Both the position numbers and the translations under genes were made by a program. Shown piece after piece: positions 28,301-38,770 of a stretch of DNA of 64,000 nt. The stretch's first letter is position 1. Each line of letters starts with the position of its first letter. A model generated the notes under the pieces. The model did not search any database and was not told the origin of the DNA. It saw only the letters and a list, made by a program, of their open reading frames with translations. This stretch comes from Zygnema circumcarinatum SAG 698-1b (taxonomy: Eukaryota; Plantae; Zygnematophyceae), in contig CM074813.1 in assembly GCA_037447605.1 (NCBI GenBank), positions 682,001 through 746,000 on the forward strand, written 5' to 3'.

Positions 28301-29072
28301 GTGGAACAGTCTGATTGAGAATCAGACTTGGCGCGGAAGCTCTCCCACACGGGAGGCGTGCCATGGTACCAAATAGGTCTTCAAGGTTAGAAGGCCCGGG
28401 GCGGCAGCATTGATAGGTACAAGGCGCGACTCGTGGCCAAGGGCTACAGTCAGAAGGAAGGAGTTGACTACACAGAGACCTTCGCTCCTGTGGTGAAGTT
28501 CAACTCCCTCCGCTCCCTCATTTCTATTGCAGCCGCAGAGGGGGTGCATGTCCACCAGTTGGACATCAAGACTGCTTTCTTGTATGGAGATCTTGATGAA
28601 GAAGATATACATGGAGGCGGCGAGGGAAACGAGAAGGGAAAGAGAGAACCTTGTGTGCTTGAGACTTCGTGAAAGGATTTGTATGGGGTACGAAGCGGGG
28701 GCCCGGTGTGGTATGAAGAAGATCGATGAACTCTTACGGTACATGCGCGTTTGTCGTTTTGAGGCGATACTTGTGTGTACTTCGGTTGGCGAAGATGATG
28801 ATAAGTTGTTTGTTGGGGTCTATGTGGATGACTGATCATGATGACAAGTCTCTCTTAGCGGCATTGCGAGGTTGAAGGAGCTCTTGCAGGAGAATTTCCA
28901 GATGACTGACCTTGGAGAGGCCCAATATCTCTTGGGGATCCAGCTGAAGGGGCCAGATGGTTCGCTATTCCTTTGTCAAAGGAAGTATGCAGAAGATGTG
29001 TTGCGGAAGTTCAACATGTGGGAGTGCAGGCCATGCACAAGTCCCATGGAGGCTGGAGTTCGCTTCACGAAG

Positions 29073-31266
29073 TGTTAGTGTATGATAGTTAGCATGTTTT
29101 GTTGGAACATTAGTTTTGTGTGTTTGTGTTGTGTGTTTCCTTGGCGGTGCGTAACCTAAGTTAGTAATAATGTGTGATACGGACATTTTAATTACGGTGG
29201 AAGAGGCAGCGGCGGTCGAAGTAGCGAGCGGCGCGACAGGTCGAGAGAAAGTGACATTATGGCGGGCCAGCGGCGGGCGGAGTGAATAATGGCGCGGCAG
29301 CGAATCTGCAGCGGAGTCGGAAGTAGCCTTGGCGTCAGCCTTTGGATTGACGGTCGGACTTGGCCTTGATCACGGCGTCAAAATGTCGTATGATTCATCA
29401 TTATGCGGGCGGCGTCGGAATGTGGTGGCGTCGCGGCGGCGGAGTTGCAACCAGCGTCATCAATCTTGGAAGGCAGGAGTCAGATCCTCTGGCGCAAAGG
29501 CGTGGATTAACTTAAGTAGAGTCGGTCAGCCGGAGAGCGTCTGAAGGATCCGGTGTGGCCAAACGAGGATCCACGGCGGCGAGTTGAGGGTCGGGATAGG
29601 GCCTTGCGGTGTACACTGGCGATGTTGTGAGCTTCGTAACATGGTAATTATCCGCGGATGTTGTGACATAGTATAGTGTGTTGTTTGTTTGGTTGTTAAT
29701 CTTTAACTTCTGGATCCCCAGCGTAGCTATTGTAGACTTTCACGAGAAGCTGATGCTGCGTGTTGCTGAACATTACACTTGCTTGTCTTTAGCGGTGGTA
29801 AGATTTTGAGGAGTTTATTGGGCTACATTTGAGAGGGGTCTCTCATTTTGTGTTGATAAGATTATTATTAAGGAGTTTTTAGAGGCGAGCTTTCTCATCC
29901 TTTTCTCTCTGTTATTCAGCTGTGCATATTAAAGAGAGGTTCACTCTGTGAGTAAGAATGGGCTATGAGTGAATGTGAGAGTTTGGAAATGTCATCATCG
30001 ATTGGAACGCGAACTCCGATGGAAGGTGATGCGAGTGGAGAAGCCGGCAGCAGTGGAGGAGTCCCTCCACCAACAAGTGGTATCAGAGCTCATGGTGACG
30101 CGGAGGACCACGTCAAGTTCAGTATACCGGCGTTTGATGGGCAGGATTACAAGGCATGGAGATGGAGGTTGGTGCCTTTGCTTGTGGGCAAAGGGTTGCT
30201 TGGGTACGTTGATGGCAGCATCAAGGCGCCGGAGTTACCGGTTGGAGCCTCAGCGGGCGGCCCGGTCGAACGCGGCGGTAAAGCGCTACCACCGCCTGAT
30301 GGAAGGCCAGGACAACTCGCCACGAGCAAATAGTTATGGCGTAAGAGGAAGTCATCCTCTGTAGCATGATCTGAAAACCTCATGCTGTAGCGGAAGTGTC
30401 ACAGAGGGAGTGCTTATGATGTGAAGACAATGTGACAATAGTCAGTCTTTACACCTGACTAGGCAGATGAAGATGACGAGAGGAGAAACTAGAAGCTTAT
30501 ATGGTCAGATTTGATGCATTGATGGAGAGGATCATAGCCTAGGGGAAACCGTTCGATGCAGACCATAAGATAAGCCAGTTTCTAGGGGGTTTGCCCGGGA
30601 GATTCGAAGTTTCAGTGGCAGCCTTGAGGACAGTTCTGACCAATACCTCTATGACGCTTGAACAAGTTAAGCGTAGGATAAAGGAGGAGGATTCGATTCA
30701 GGATGTCGGCGGCCAAGAAGAGAAGGTGCTCGCGTTGCACACTCGACCGAATCGAAGAGGAGGAGGCGCCCCGAAATCTGCTCGAGGAGAACGCTCGAAT
30801 GTGACATGCTTCACATGTGGCAAGACCGGCCACTACTCCAGCGACTGTTTCAAGANNNNNNNNNNGTATATAGTGTGTTGTTTTGTTTGGTTGTTAATCT
30901 TTAACTTCTGATTATCAACGTAGCTATTGTAGACTCTGAGAAGCTGATGCTCGTGTTGCTGAACATTACACTTGCTTGTGCTGCGAGGTAGTGGGCTTTT
31001 GAGTTTATTGGGCTATTTGAGAGGGGGTCTCTCATTTTGTGTTGATAAGATTATTATTAAGGAGTTTTAGAGCCGAGAGCTTTCTCCTATCCTTTTCTCT
31101 CTGTTATTCCGCTGTGCATATTCTGAGAGGTTCACTCTGTGAGTAAAATGGGCTATGAGTGAATGTGAGAGTTTGGGAAATGTCATCATCGATTGGAACG
31201 CGAACTCCGATGGAAGGTGATGCGAGTGGAGAAGCCGGCAGCAGTGGAGGAGTCCCTCCACCAACA
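29073..31266 (+). mobile_element. Nested Ty1/copia element (copia-2, a different family); most of its interior is hidden in the gap at 30856-30865
   Basis: TSD CGAAG (29068-29072 / 31267-31271). 5' LTR 29073-30075; PBS 30078-30089; gag (FDGQDYKAWRWRL; CFTCGKTGHYSSDC); 3' LTR remainder 30866-31266. Removing it restores the host RT frame: AGVRFTK|EMSPSTEEEAKAMARVPYRSAIGSLMY. Confidence 0.96.
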
Positions 31267-32006
31267 CGAAGGAGATGTCCCCGTCTACAGAGGAGGAGGC
31301 AAAGGCAATGGCACGAGTGCCATATCGATCTGCGATTGGGAGCCTCATGTATTTGATGACAGGCACGAGGCCTGACCTTGCGAAAGCCGTGAGCACGGCA
31401 AGCAGATTCATGGAGAACCCCGGCGAGGAACATTGGGAAGGAGTCAAGCGTATATTTCGGTTTCTGAAGGGAACTGTGGATTATGGCCTCAGGTTTGAGA
31501 GGGGGACTCGCAGCCGAGTCTATGGCTATACAGACGCTGACTGGGGAGGGGATTTGGATTCATCCCGCTCCACATCTGGATATGTTTTCTTGAATGCAGG
31601 TGGGGCCATCACATGGAATTCCACCTTGCAGTCTTCAGTGGCCCTCTCCAGCACTGAAGCAGAGTATATGGCAGCTTGCCATGCAGCCAGAGAGTGTGTG
31701 TGGCTGCGGAACTTCTTTGGGGAGTGTGAGCGGCCTCAGCTCCCCTTACCACTCTTCACGGACAATCAGTCCTCTATTGCTCTAATGGGGAATCCGGTGT
31801 TCCACAAGCGGAGCAAGCATTTCCGGATCCAATACCATTACGTGAGACAGGAGGTGAGAGAGGGACTTGTCAGTATCAAGTTCATTGGAACCAGGGAGCA
31901 GGCAGCCGATATGCTGACGAAGGCAGTCAGTGGTGAGACCTTGAGGATTAATTCGGATCTCATTGGGCTGGGGCCTCTCAGGAACTAAAGTGCCAAAGAG
32001 GGGGAA

Positions 32007-32920
32007 TGTTAGTGTACATAGTTAGTTCAGATTAGCATGTTTGTGTTGGCGCTTAGTTCCTAGGGGTGTGCTTCTAGGTGTGACATGTATGGGGACGGAC
32101 TTACTTCAGCGTGCGCGCGGCGGCGAGACCGACCGCGCAACCGTACGGATAGTATGGACCGTACGGACCGTACGGTCGGTACGGACAGTACGGCCGGGAG
32201 TCCGACATTTGGTACCGCGCCGAGGAATCGGTCCTGGAGTACGGAATCGAGGAATGATGCGGCGGCGGAAGACGGCGGAGTCGGTGGAGGCGGCGGAGCG
32301 TACTTTGCGTACGGAAGATAGTCCTTGTGGGTGACGGCGGGAAGTTCAGCTCGGCGGTAGAGTACATGGCCATCTGGGTTAGAGCGGTGGTGTTGGTACG
32401 TTGCCAGGCTGGGTGTACTATGCATAGCAAGACACGAAGTAGTTTATTTAGGTTGTTTGAATAAGGTTGTTGCATGCATGGTCCCGGCGCGTGTGACGTG
32501 ACATGGTCACGTCACAGCCCCATACTATATAGTGAGAGTGGGTGTGTAAGTTAGAAACCTTCTTGATATGCATTGCAAGGCTATGGCAGTTTGAAGGCAT
32601 GGCTTTGGCAACAGGAGGTGGACCTTTGTGAGGAGTCTCCGTGTGTGGAGAGCTGCCTCACGTGAAGGTGAAGTGATCATGTGGTGAAAGCTTGACTAGG
32701 CTTATGGGGGCTTGAGTTGGAAAGCTTGTCATCATAAAGGAGTTTTAGGCTGGGAGCTTTCTCCTACGTTTTTCTATTCCGCCTCTCGTGTGTTGTGTAT
32801 GCACGTGAGTGAAAAATGAGTGAGAGTGCTGCGGGCACCAGGAGGGAAGTTTCCATGGACAGTGAAGAGGGAGAAAGGGTGGAAGGTGAATTTGCTTCTC
32901 ATCCCTCTGCCCCTCTCACA
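32007..32920 (+). repeat. 3' LTR of copia-1 (914 bp, gap-free)
   Basis: TGTTAGTGTACA...CTCTCACA; direct repeat of 24595-25341. Confidence 0.97.
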
Positions 32921-34048
32921 TAATACAGTATTAATACTGTATTATACATTGTATAAAAAAAAAAACAGCCAAACTTTCATTGAACTCGCGATGGCGAGGC
33001 CATCAAATGTACATGGATAAAGGCAAAATGTGGACCGAACCATTGTATCGAACCTCAAACTGTATAATACGGATCTATAGTCTCCGGACTCTCCCCCTAC
33101 TAGGGTGGAAAATATTAGGGGGGCTTGCTGTACGTGAGTACGTCATACAAAAAAAAACGTGGCAGATGGTGATTGGCTGCTATTTTTCCGCATGCTTGCC
33201 CGTCAACTCATAGTTTTGCGGAGATGTCGGGCCGAGGGACGCGCGCACTCGCACGTGCGATCCGGACGGATCTTCCGCTCCGAGCGGATTCGGGCAGGCC
33301 CTAACATACTTTTGTCTCTCAAAACAAAAATAAAGGGGACGGGATATCCAAAATGGGAGGGGGGGGGGGGTTTATCACTATCCAAACTGAATCCCTGAGA
33401 TTCGGATTCAGTCGAGATGAGTCACAAACCGCTCCCTATTTCAGCGGTGTTTTTTGCGTACGCGCAAGCGAGCCCTCCCGCCCATCAAAAATACCCCGGC
33501 CCACATTCAAAGGCGATTCAAAGGTGGCCGCCGTCCTCTTCAACGCGACCCCGCCGCGTGGCTGGACCGCTCCCTCGGTCGGCACGTTCAAGGTCGGGCC
33601 GCCGTTGCATGAAATCGCATGCGGCCCGGTCCATGTGACTCGCTCCGTTAACGACAGTTTCGCAGTACTGCACGGCTGTCACGCGTGTGAGTTGAACACC
33701 GCATTTCGGGTCCAATGACGCGTATCACGCAATGCATGCAGCAAATTTAGGCCTTCCTATCAGAAATCGCCACGTAGCCAGTCCCTCCTACGCTTGAGAC
33801 ACACCGCAAACACCCCACGACACGGCCCAAATTTCACGGCGGGCAATCATAGGACGAGGCCGAATGGCTCGCTGTGAAGAGGGCGGCAAACTTGTCGTAT
33901 GCGGCGGCTGTCGGCGCTGCTGCAACGCGGGGCGGTTAAAGGCCCGCCGGCGGACGGGGCCCTCGCCGGGCAGCCGCAAGAAATTTCCAAAACCGAGCCC
34001 GCGGCCGCGGGCGGGAGGGCCTTGCGAGAGGTGAAAACATTTACAATA

Positions 34049-34180
34049 GGGGGTGTCAGACTTAAAAAATTCTCGTAAGTTTGAGACCAGAACGAGTACT
34101 TCGGTGACATCGCAATCCTGCTGCGGCGGAGTACTTGCAAAACCTTTTTGTTCGTAAGATTTCGTTAAGTCTGACACCCC
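34049..34180. mobile_element. 132-bp mini-MITE with a 16-bp TIR, TA on both sides; related to family B
   Basis: GGGGTGTCAGACTTAA at 34050-34065 and TTAAGTCTGACACCCC at 34165-34180. Internal CGTAAG motifs as in family B. Confidence 0.8.
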
Positions 34181-34359
34181 TACTGCAGCGAATCAGCGAC
34201 CGACATGCGGTTCAATGGTGTTACTTCTTTTCAAATCAACAAAATGTGAAGTCTTTTTTTTCTGCCGCCCGGCGACGCCTCTCGTCGACGCGGCCGGCGC
34301 ATACGACAAATATGCCGGTAGTCTTTTGGGTTTGTGTGCCCCGTCAGCACAGTGCGTCC

Positions 34360-34412
34360 TATGATTGGTCGTCATGAGATTCTATGCCACCACGTCATCC
34401 CTATATATGGTC
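34360..34412 (+). promoter_or_regulatory. Candidate core promoter upstream of the orphan membrane-protein gene (inverted CCAAT, CCACGTCA, TATATA)
   Basis: ATTGG at about 34364, CCACGTCA at about 34389, TATATA at about 34404, followed by a CT-rich leader (34735-35045). Motif match only. Confidence 0.3.
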
Positions 34413-35049
34413 AGTCACGGTTTCCGGCTCCGAATTTGTCGGTTGCGTGCGAGGCCGCGACGGTGACGCGTCCGACGAAACAAATTCGACGAGGAAGAAG
34501 GCTGTACGGACGACAACAGTGACAGGCTCGTTCGCTACCCGACAAAGTTCTACGCCCATTGACTTCCAGTCGCTGCCTCTCAAGTCTCGATCAAAATTTT
34601 CTTGTCGCTATTCGCTTATCGCGACGACTGGAATTTCCAGCTTTACCATACCGCGTTGACCTAACGAACTGTACGGTTGTACCGCGCCCTCTGTCCCTCT
34701 TTTTTAAAAAGGGTGGAACACCCCTTCCTCGCCATCTCCCCTCCGTCTCACTCTCTCCCTCTCCCTCTCCCTCTCCCTCTCCCTCTCCCTCTCCCTCTCC
34801 CTCTCCCTCTCCCTCTCCCTCTCCTCTCCCTCTCCCTCCCTCTCCCTCTCCCTCTCCCTCTCCCTCTCCCTCCCTCCCTCTCCCTCTCCCTCTCCCTCTC
34901 CCTCTCGCTCTCCCTCTCCCTCTCCCTCTCTCTTCCCTCTCTCTTCCCTCTCTCTCTCGTTCTCTCTCTCCCTCTCCCTTTCTCTCTCTCTCTCTCTCTC
35001 CCCCCCTCTCTCTCTCTCTCACCCCTCTGCCCGCGGCCCTCCCCCTCAA

Positions 35050-36177
35050 ATGGCGTGTCCTCCCTCGCAGACCATCAGCTTTATTGTCAGCCTCATCATC
35101 ACAGTCGGCGTCAGCCTTTTGGTGGTTTTCTTTAAAGACTCGACTTTATCGGAAGTGGCCACAGCGGACTTGACTCCCGATGATCGCGGCGCCTCCGCAG
35201 TAATCTACATCCTGCAACTCTGCACCACGTCCCTATTTTTGTATTCACTTATTCCCCTCGTCAGATATAAAGTGTTAAAAAACCCGTCGCATAATAACGG
35301 AAACACCGGCGACGAAAACCGGTTTCAGTTTGCGGTGGACTTAGTTTTGGGACTGACGACCATGCTCACCGCTTTTCTCTTCTGGTTCACGGAGCACATT
35401 GAAAACTATCGATTGCTGTTCGCAAACGCGCAGCTGGTGGCTCTCCAGAGCTGCTTGACCTTACTGCTGCTCGTTTTTTGCGAAGTCAATATGGTCAATA
35501 TGCTCAACGTGGCGGCTACGGGCACAGCCTACGTGACGTACCTCCTGTCCACTTCCGGGAAACTGAAAGATTTCGATTCTGCCCCGTCCGGTCTCGATGG
35601 GATCGTGCAGGTGTTCGGATTCGCGGTGGGGGCGTGCTGGCTATGGTACGCCATAGGCAGGCCCTTGTTCAAGCACGTCAGTTCTGAACCTAAAGCTCCA
35701 ATTCCGAGCTTTTACGTGCTGCTGTCTTCGGTAATGATTCAAGTAATCATTCAAATTCCCTTAACTTTTTATTATCCTTTCCTGTCACTAGTTTACCGGT
35801 CGTCGCGGCTATACCATGGCAGGTGCGCGGGTGCCATATGCTTAGCATACTCAACTGTATACGCCTGCAATTTAATCCTGTACGTGGTCCCATTTATCGT
35901 TGGCTATTACGTCATATGCGAATGGCGTTCATCGAAAAGGGATAAGTTCCAGACCCTTAATGAGGCCACCGATTGTGAGGCCGGGGATGAAGGAGCGAGT
36001 GAAGGGACGAGCACTGTCGAGGGACTTCACGAGAAGAGAGGTCGTAGCGGGCAGGCGGTGGAGCATGAGGGGGTAGAGAGAGAGGGGGTAGAGAGAGAGA
36101 GAGTGAGGGAGGGTAGAGAGAGAGAGGTGGTAGAGAGAGAGAGAGAGAGGGGGGGTAGAGAGAGAGAGAGGGGGTAG
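35050..36177 (+). CDS. Intronless orphan multi-pass membrane protein (about 8-9 predicted TM helices), 375 aa
   Basis: Uninterrupted ORF of ordinary complexity for about 310 aa, with 8-9 hydrophobic stretches of about 20 aa. The C-terminus runs into a GA repeat. Preceded by a CT-rich leader like the other genes. No family recognised. Confidence 0.7.
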   Translation: MACPPSQTISFIVSLIITVGVSLLVVFFKDSTLSEVATADLTPDDRGASAVIYILQLCTTSLFLYSLIPLVRYKVLKNPSHNNGNTGDENRFQFAVDLVLGLTTMLTAFLFWFTEHIENYRLLFANAQLVALQSCLTLLLLVFCEVNMVNMLNVAATGTAYVTYLLSTSGKLKDFDSAPSGLDGIVQVFGFAVGACWLWYAIGRPLFKHVSSEPKAPIPSFYVLLSSVMIQVIIQIPLTFYYPFLSLVYRSSRLYHGRCAGAICLAYSTVYACNLILYVVPFIVGYYVICEWRSSKRDKFQTLNEATDCEAGDEGASEGTSTVEGLHEKRGRSGQAVEHEGVEREGVERERVREGREREVVERERERGGRERERG

Positions 36178-36624
36178 AGAGAGAGGGGGGGGAGTGAGAG
36201 AGAGTGTGAGGGAAGGGGGACAAAACCGACGCGGGGCAGCACGGGGAGGGCGAAAAGTAAGCGAAGGGTGGGGAGTAGCGAGACCTGCCCGTTATGCTTT
36301 GGCAGTCACTTCTTATACTAGAGACATTATTGAGTAGTTTTCCAGATACTGCACTTCTAGGGTTGGTCACATTGTCTATTTTGGAAGTGTATTAAAGTAT
36401 TTATTTATATCACAACCTCAGGCTTTGTTTTTCAGTTGTATGAAGGACACTGAATTCTTTCACGGACAAAAAAAAATGACGCGCGCACTCCGGATGGATC
36501 TTCCCCTACGAGCGGATTCGGGCAAGGCCTAACATATTTTTGTCTCTCAAAAAAAAATGAAGGGAGAGGGATATCCAAAATGGGGGGAGGGCTTATCATT
36601 CTCCTTTAAAAAATCTGCTTATTA

Positions 36625-37688
36625 GGGGGGGTCAGACCTTGACCATCGCCAAACCAATTTCGTAAGCCCGTCGGGCCTATTCCGCCGTGTACGGCAGGCC
36701 TTTTTCGCAAAAAGTGGCCGTTCGGCAGGTTCGGGCGCCGCGAATTCAAGAAAATAATTATTTTACCTTCGTATCTCCGAGCCAGGTCTGACTTATTGAA
36801 AAAGACGGAGTGGACATTGTACGATCAAAGTGAGGACAGAGAGAGAGTTGACACAAAAGACAGATGTGTGATTAACGTGGTAAAGAGTACAATGTCCTAA
36901 TCTGTTTTATATACATTGCGGCTAGAGCTACACGACAAAAGGGCGTGGAACTAGCCTGAGCAAGGGCGGCTAGGTGTGAAGCACAGAGCCGCAAAAGTAC
37001 AACTAAACTAACAGAAAAAGTACAAGCTAAAAGGACAGCCAGGTGTAAGTACACGTGGCTGGGAAAACGACAAAATAGTACGACAAAACTGAGAATGTCG
37101 GATTCTCAACATGACTTCCCCCTTTTCGCCCCGCCGCGCTCCCTCCGCCGCCCGCCGCCCGCCGCCCTCCGTTTTGTCGCCACGCGCGCTTCACACGTGC
37201 GAGAGGCACTCGCACGTGCGTGACGCGCATGGCGACAAGGCGGGGCACGATTCCTCATCGGCGGAAAGCTGGAATTTCGAAACGCAGGGCCTCCGGAGGC
37301 CCTGCGTTTCGGCGAGCGGATTTCGGCGGATTTCGGAAATTTGGGGGCATTTTTGTAACCTATTCCGTAGTACGGACGGGACATGACAGGTTCGGGGGAG
37401 CCGCGGCTTCCGAGCCGAAACCTGGAAACAAAATCAATACCTTTCCGTATAGGGAATCTTTGAATTTCGTAAGCGATGGTCAAGGTCTGATTGGCAATCA
37501 GACCTTGACCATCGCTTACGAAATTCCGAATTCCTTACACTAAAAGTCACTTCTGTCGTGTACGAATTCCGGTTCGGGATCCGCGGCTCCGCCGAACCCA
37601 ACCCTACCGCAATGCGTACCTAGCAAATGCTTAATTCGCCCGACAGGCTTACGAAATTGATTTGGCGATGGTAAGGACTGACTCGCCC
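36625..37688. mobile_element. Mirror-image dimer of MITE family B (reverse copy 36625-37493 plus internally deleted forward copy 37495-37688)
   Basis: Outer ends GGGGGGGTCAGACCTTGACCATCGCCAAA and TTTGGCGATGGTAAGGACTGACTCGCCC, each flanked by TA (TATTA / TATTC). Inner ends form a perfect 32-bp-arm palindrome at 37462-37526. Confidence 0.8.
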
Positions 37689-38770
37689 TATTCAAAAGTT
37701 GCCATTTATATAGGAGAGTTTTTGGTAAAGTTTTATGAGAACTGATGTCTCCTGCCGGGAATGATCATCAACATGAAGGCACGTGGAAAGGGCTGTGATA
37801 CACTTCGAGATAAACGAATGCAGAGTTTTAAATATTGGGAGGCAAAAGTCTGCCACCACTTTGCAAGCCTTGTTAAGGCTTACTTTGAAACGCTTGATAA
37901 AGCTCCAAAGTTCTGAGTTGGCAGCAACTTGAAGCAACGGTGCAGACTAGGTTTGTGGTTGCCAGGCTCTCTTACGTTTGATACTTTGAGACCTTTGTGA
38001 TAATCCACCAATATAAAGAGGTGGGCAGGGTCCCGCACTTCCAATAAAGCTACCTCTCTATTATTCGCGAGGCACGTTTCTACCTCATACAAAGCCCCAT
38101 TAAAATGTTTGGAAGCATCGCCGACAAGTCCCCTGCTATACACACCACTCTCCATCTCCCTCTCCCTCCCCTCTCCATTCTGCTCTCCCTTCCCCACTTA
38201 CTCTCTCCCTCTCTCTGTCCTCTCTCCCTCCTTTCGTGCTTCTCCTCTCTCCCTTCACTTCTCTAAGCAAGCCTCACTCTAATGGAGCAGGAGGAACCTC
38301 CTTCAGAATTTATGGTTCTTAAGGGGTACAAATAGGCGCCTGCACCTTATTGTTTTCTCTCTCTCTCTCTAACTCCTCTCTCCCTCTACTTTTACAGAAG
38401 CCCCTGCAGAAGCCCTACGAGATATGCTTCCAAGCACAATCTCCTCCAACACGGGCTACAATGAGGGCCCAAGGTTGACCCAAACAATGGACAAACATGT
38501 CCGGATAAGAAACCCCGAGGAAATAAGAGTATCGGGGGAGCAGAGGCGGGGGAGGGGCCAACCCCCACAGAGAGGGAAGAAGGGAGGGAGAGTGGAGGAG
38601 AAGGGAAAAGACGGAGGGAGAGGGAGAAGGCGAGGGAGAGGGAGAGGGAGCGCGGGAGAACGGGAGGAGGGAGGGTCGAAGGCATATACACTACTTTGGA
38701 ATCTTATCTCCAATTGATTTGGCGATCTTGATGACGTAATGTATGTTTGATGACAGTTTCTTGAATCTTG

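Larger units (their letters stand above)
24595..32920 (+). mobile_element. Full-length Ty1/copia LTR retrotransposon (copia-1), frameshifted, with copia-2 nested in its RT
   Basis: TSD TAATA (24590-24594 / 32921-32925). TG...CA LTRs at 24595-25341 (contains a gap) and 32007-32920. PBS TGGTATCAGAGC at 25344-25355; PPT at 31995-32006. Domain order: gag (FDGTDYKGWKWRL; CFNCGKPGH and CFKCKKKGH knuckles), protease remnant, GAG-pre-integrase (RRLGHVS), integrase (YFITFLDDYSRKIWV), RT (AKGYSQKEGVDYTETFAPV; HQLDIKTAFLYG; YVDD), RNase H (GYTDADWGGD; LSSTEAEYMA; TDNQS; QAADMLTK). Confidence 0.97.
24212..33079. mobile_element. hAT-type MITE (537 bp when empty) interrupted by copia-1
   Basis: Perfect 13-bp TIR TATAGATCCGTAT (24212-24224 / 33067-33079) and perfect 8-bp TSD GTCTCCGG (24204-24211 / 33080-33087). 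An 8-bp TSD with short TIRs is typical of hAT. Confidence 0.85.
23519..33097. mobile_element. MITE family B copy 1 (about 700 bp when empty), GGG-ended, interrupted near its right end by the hAT MITE
   Basis: Left end GGGGGGGTTACACCTTGACCATCGC. Right end GCGATGGTCAAGGTCT...ACTCTCCCCC is split by the insertion. TACTA flanks both sides (23514-23518, 33098-33102). Internal sequence matches 37495-37688 and the reverse complement of 36625-37493. Confidence 0.75.

Noticed and set aside
38282-38530. Possible plus-strand exons (MEQEEPPSEF..., APAEALRDML...)
   Set aside because: Splice phases do not join into an open frame and no family is recognisable.
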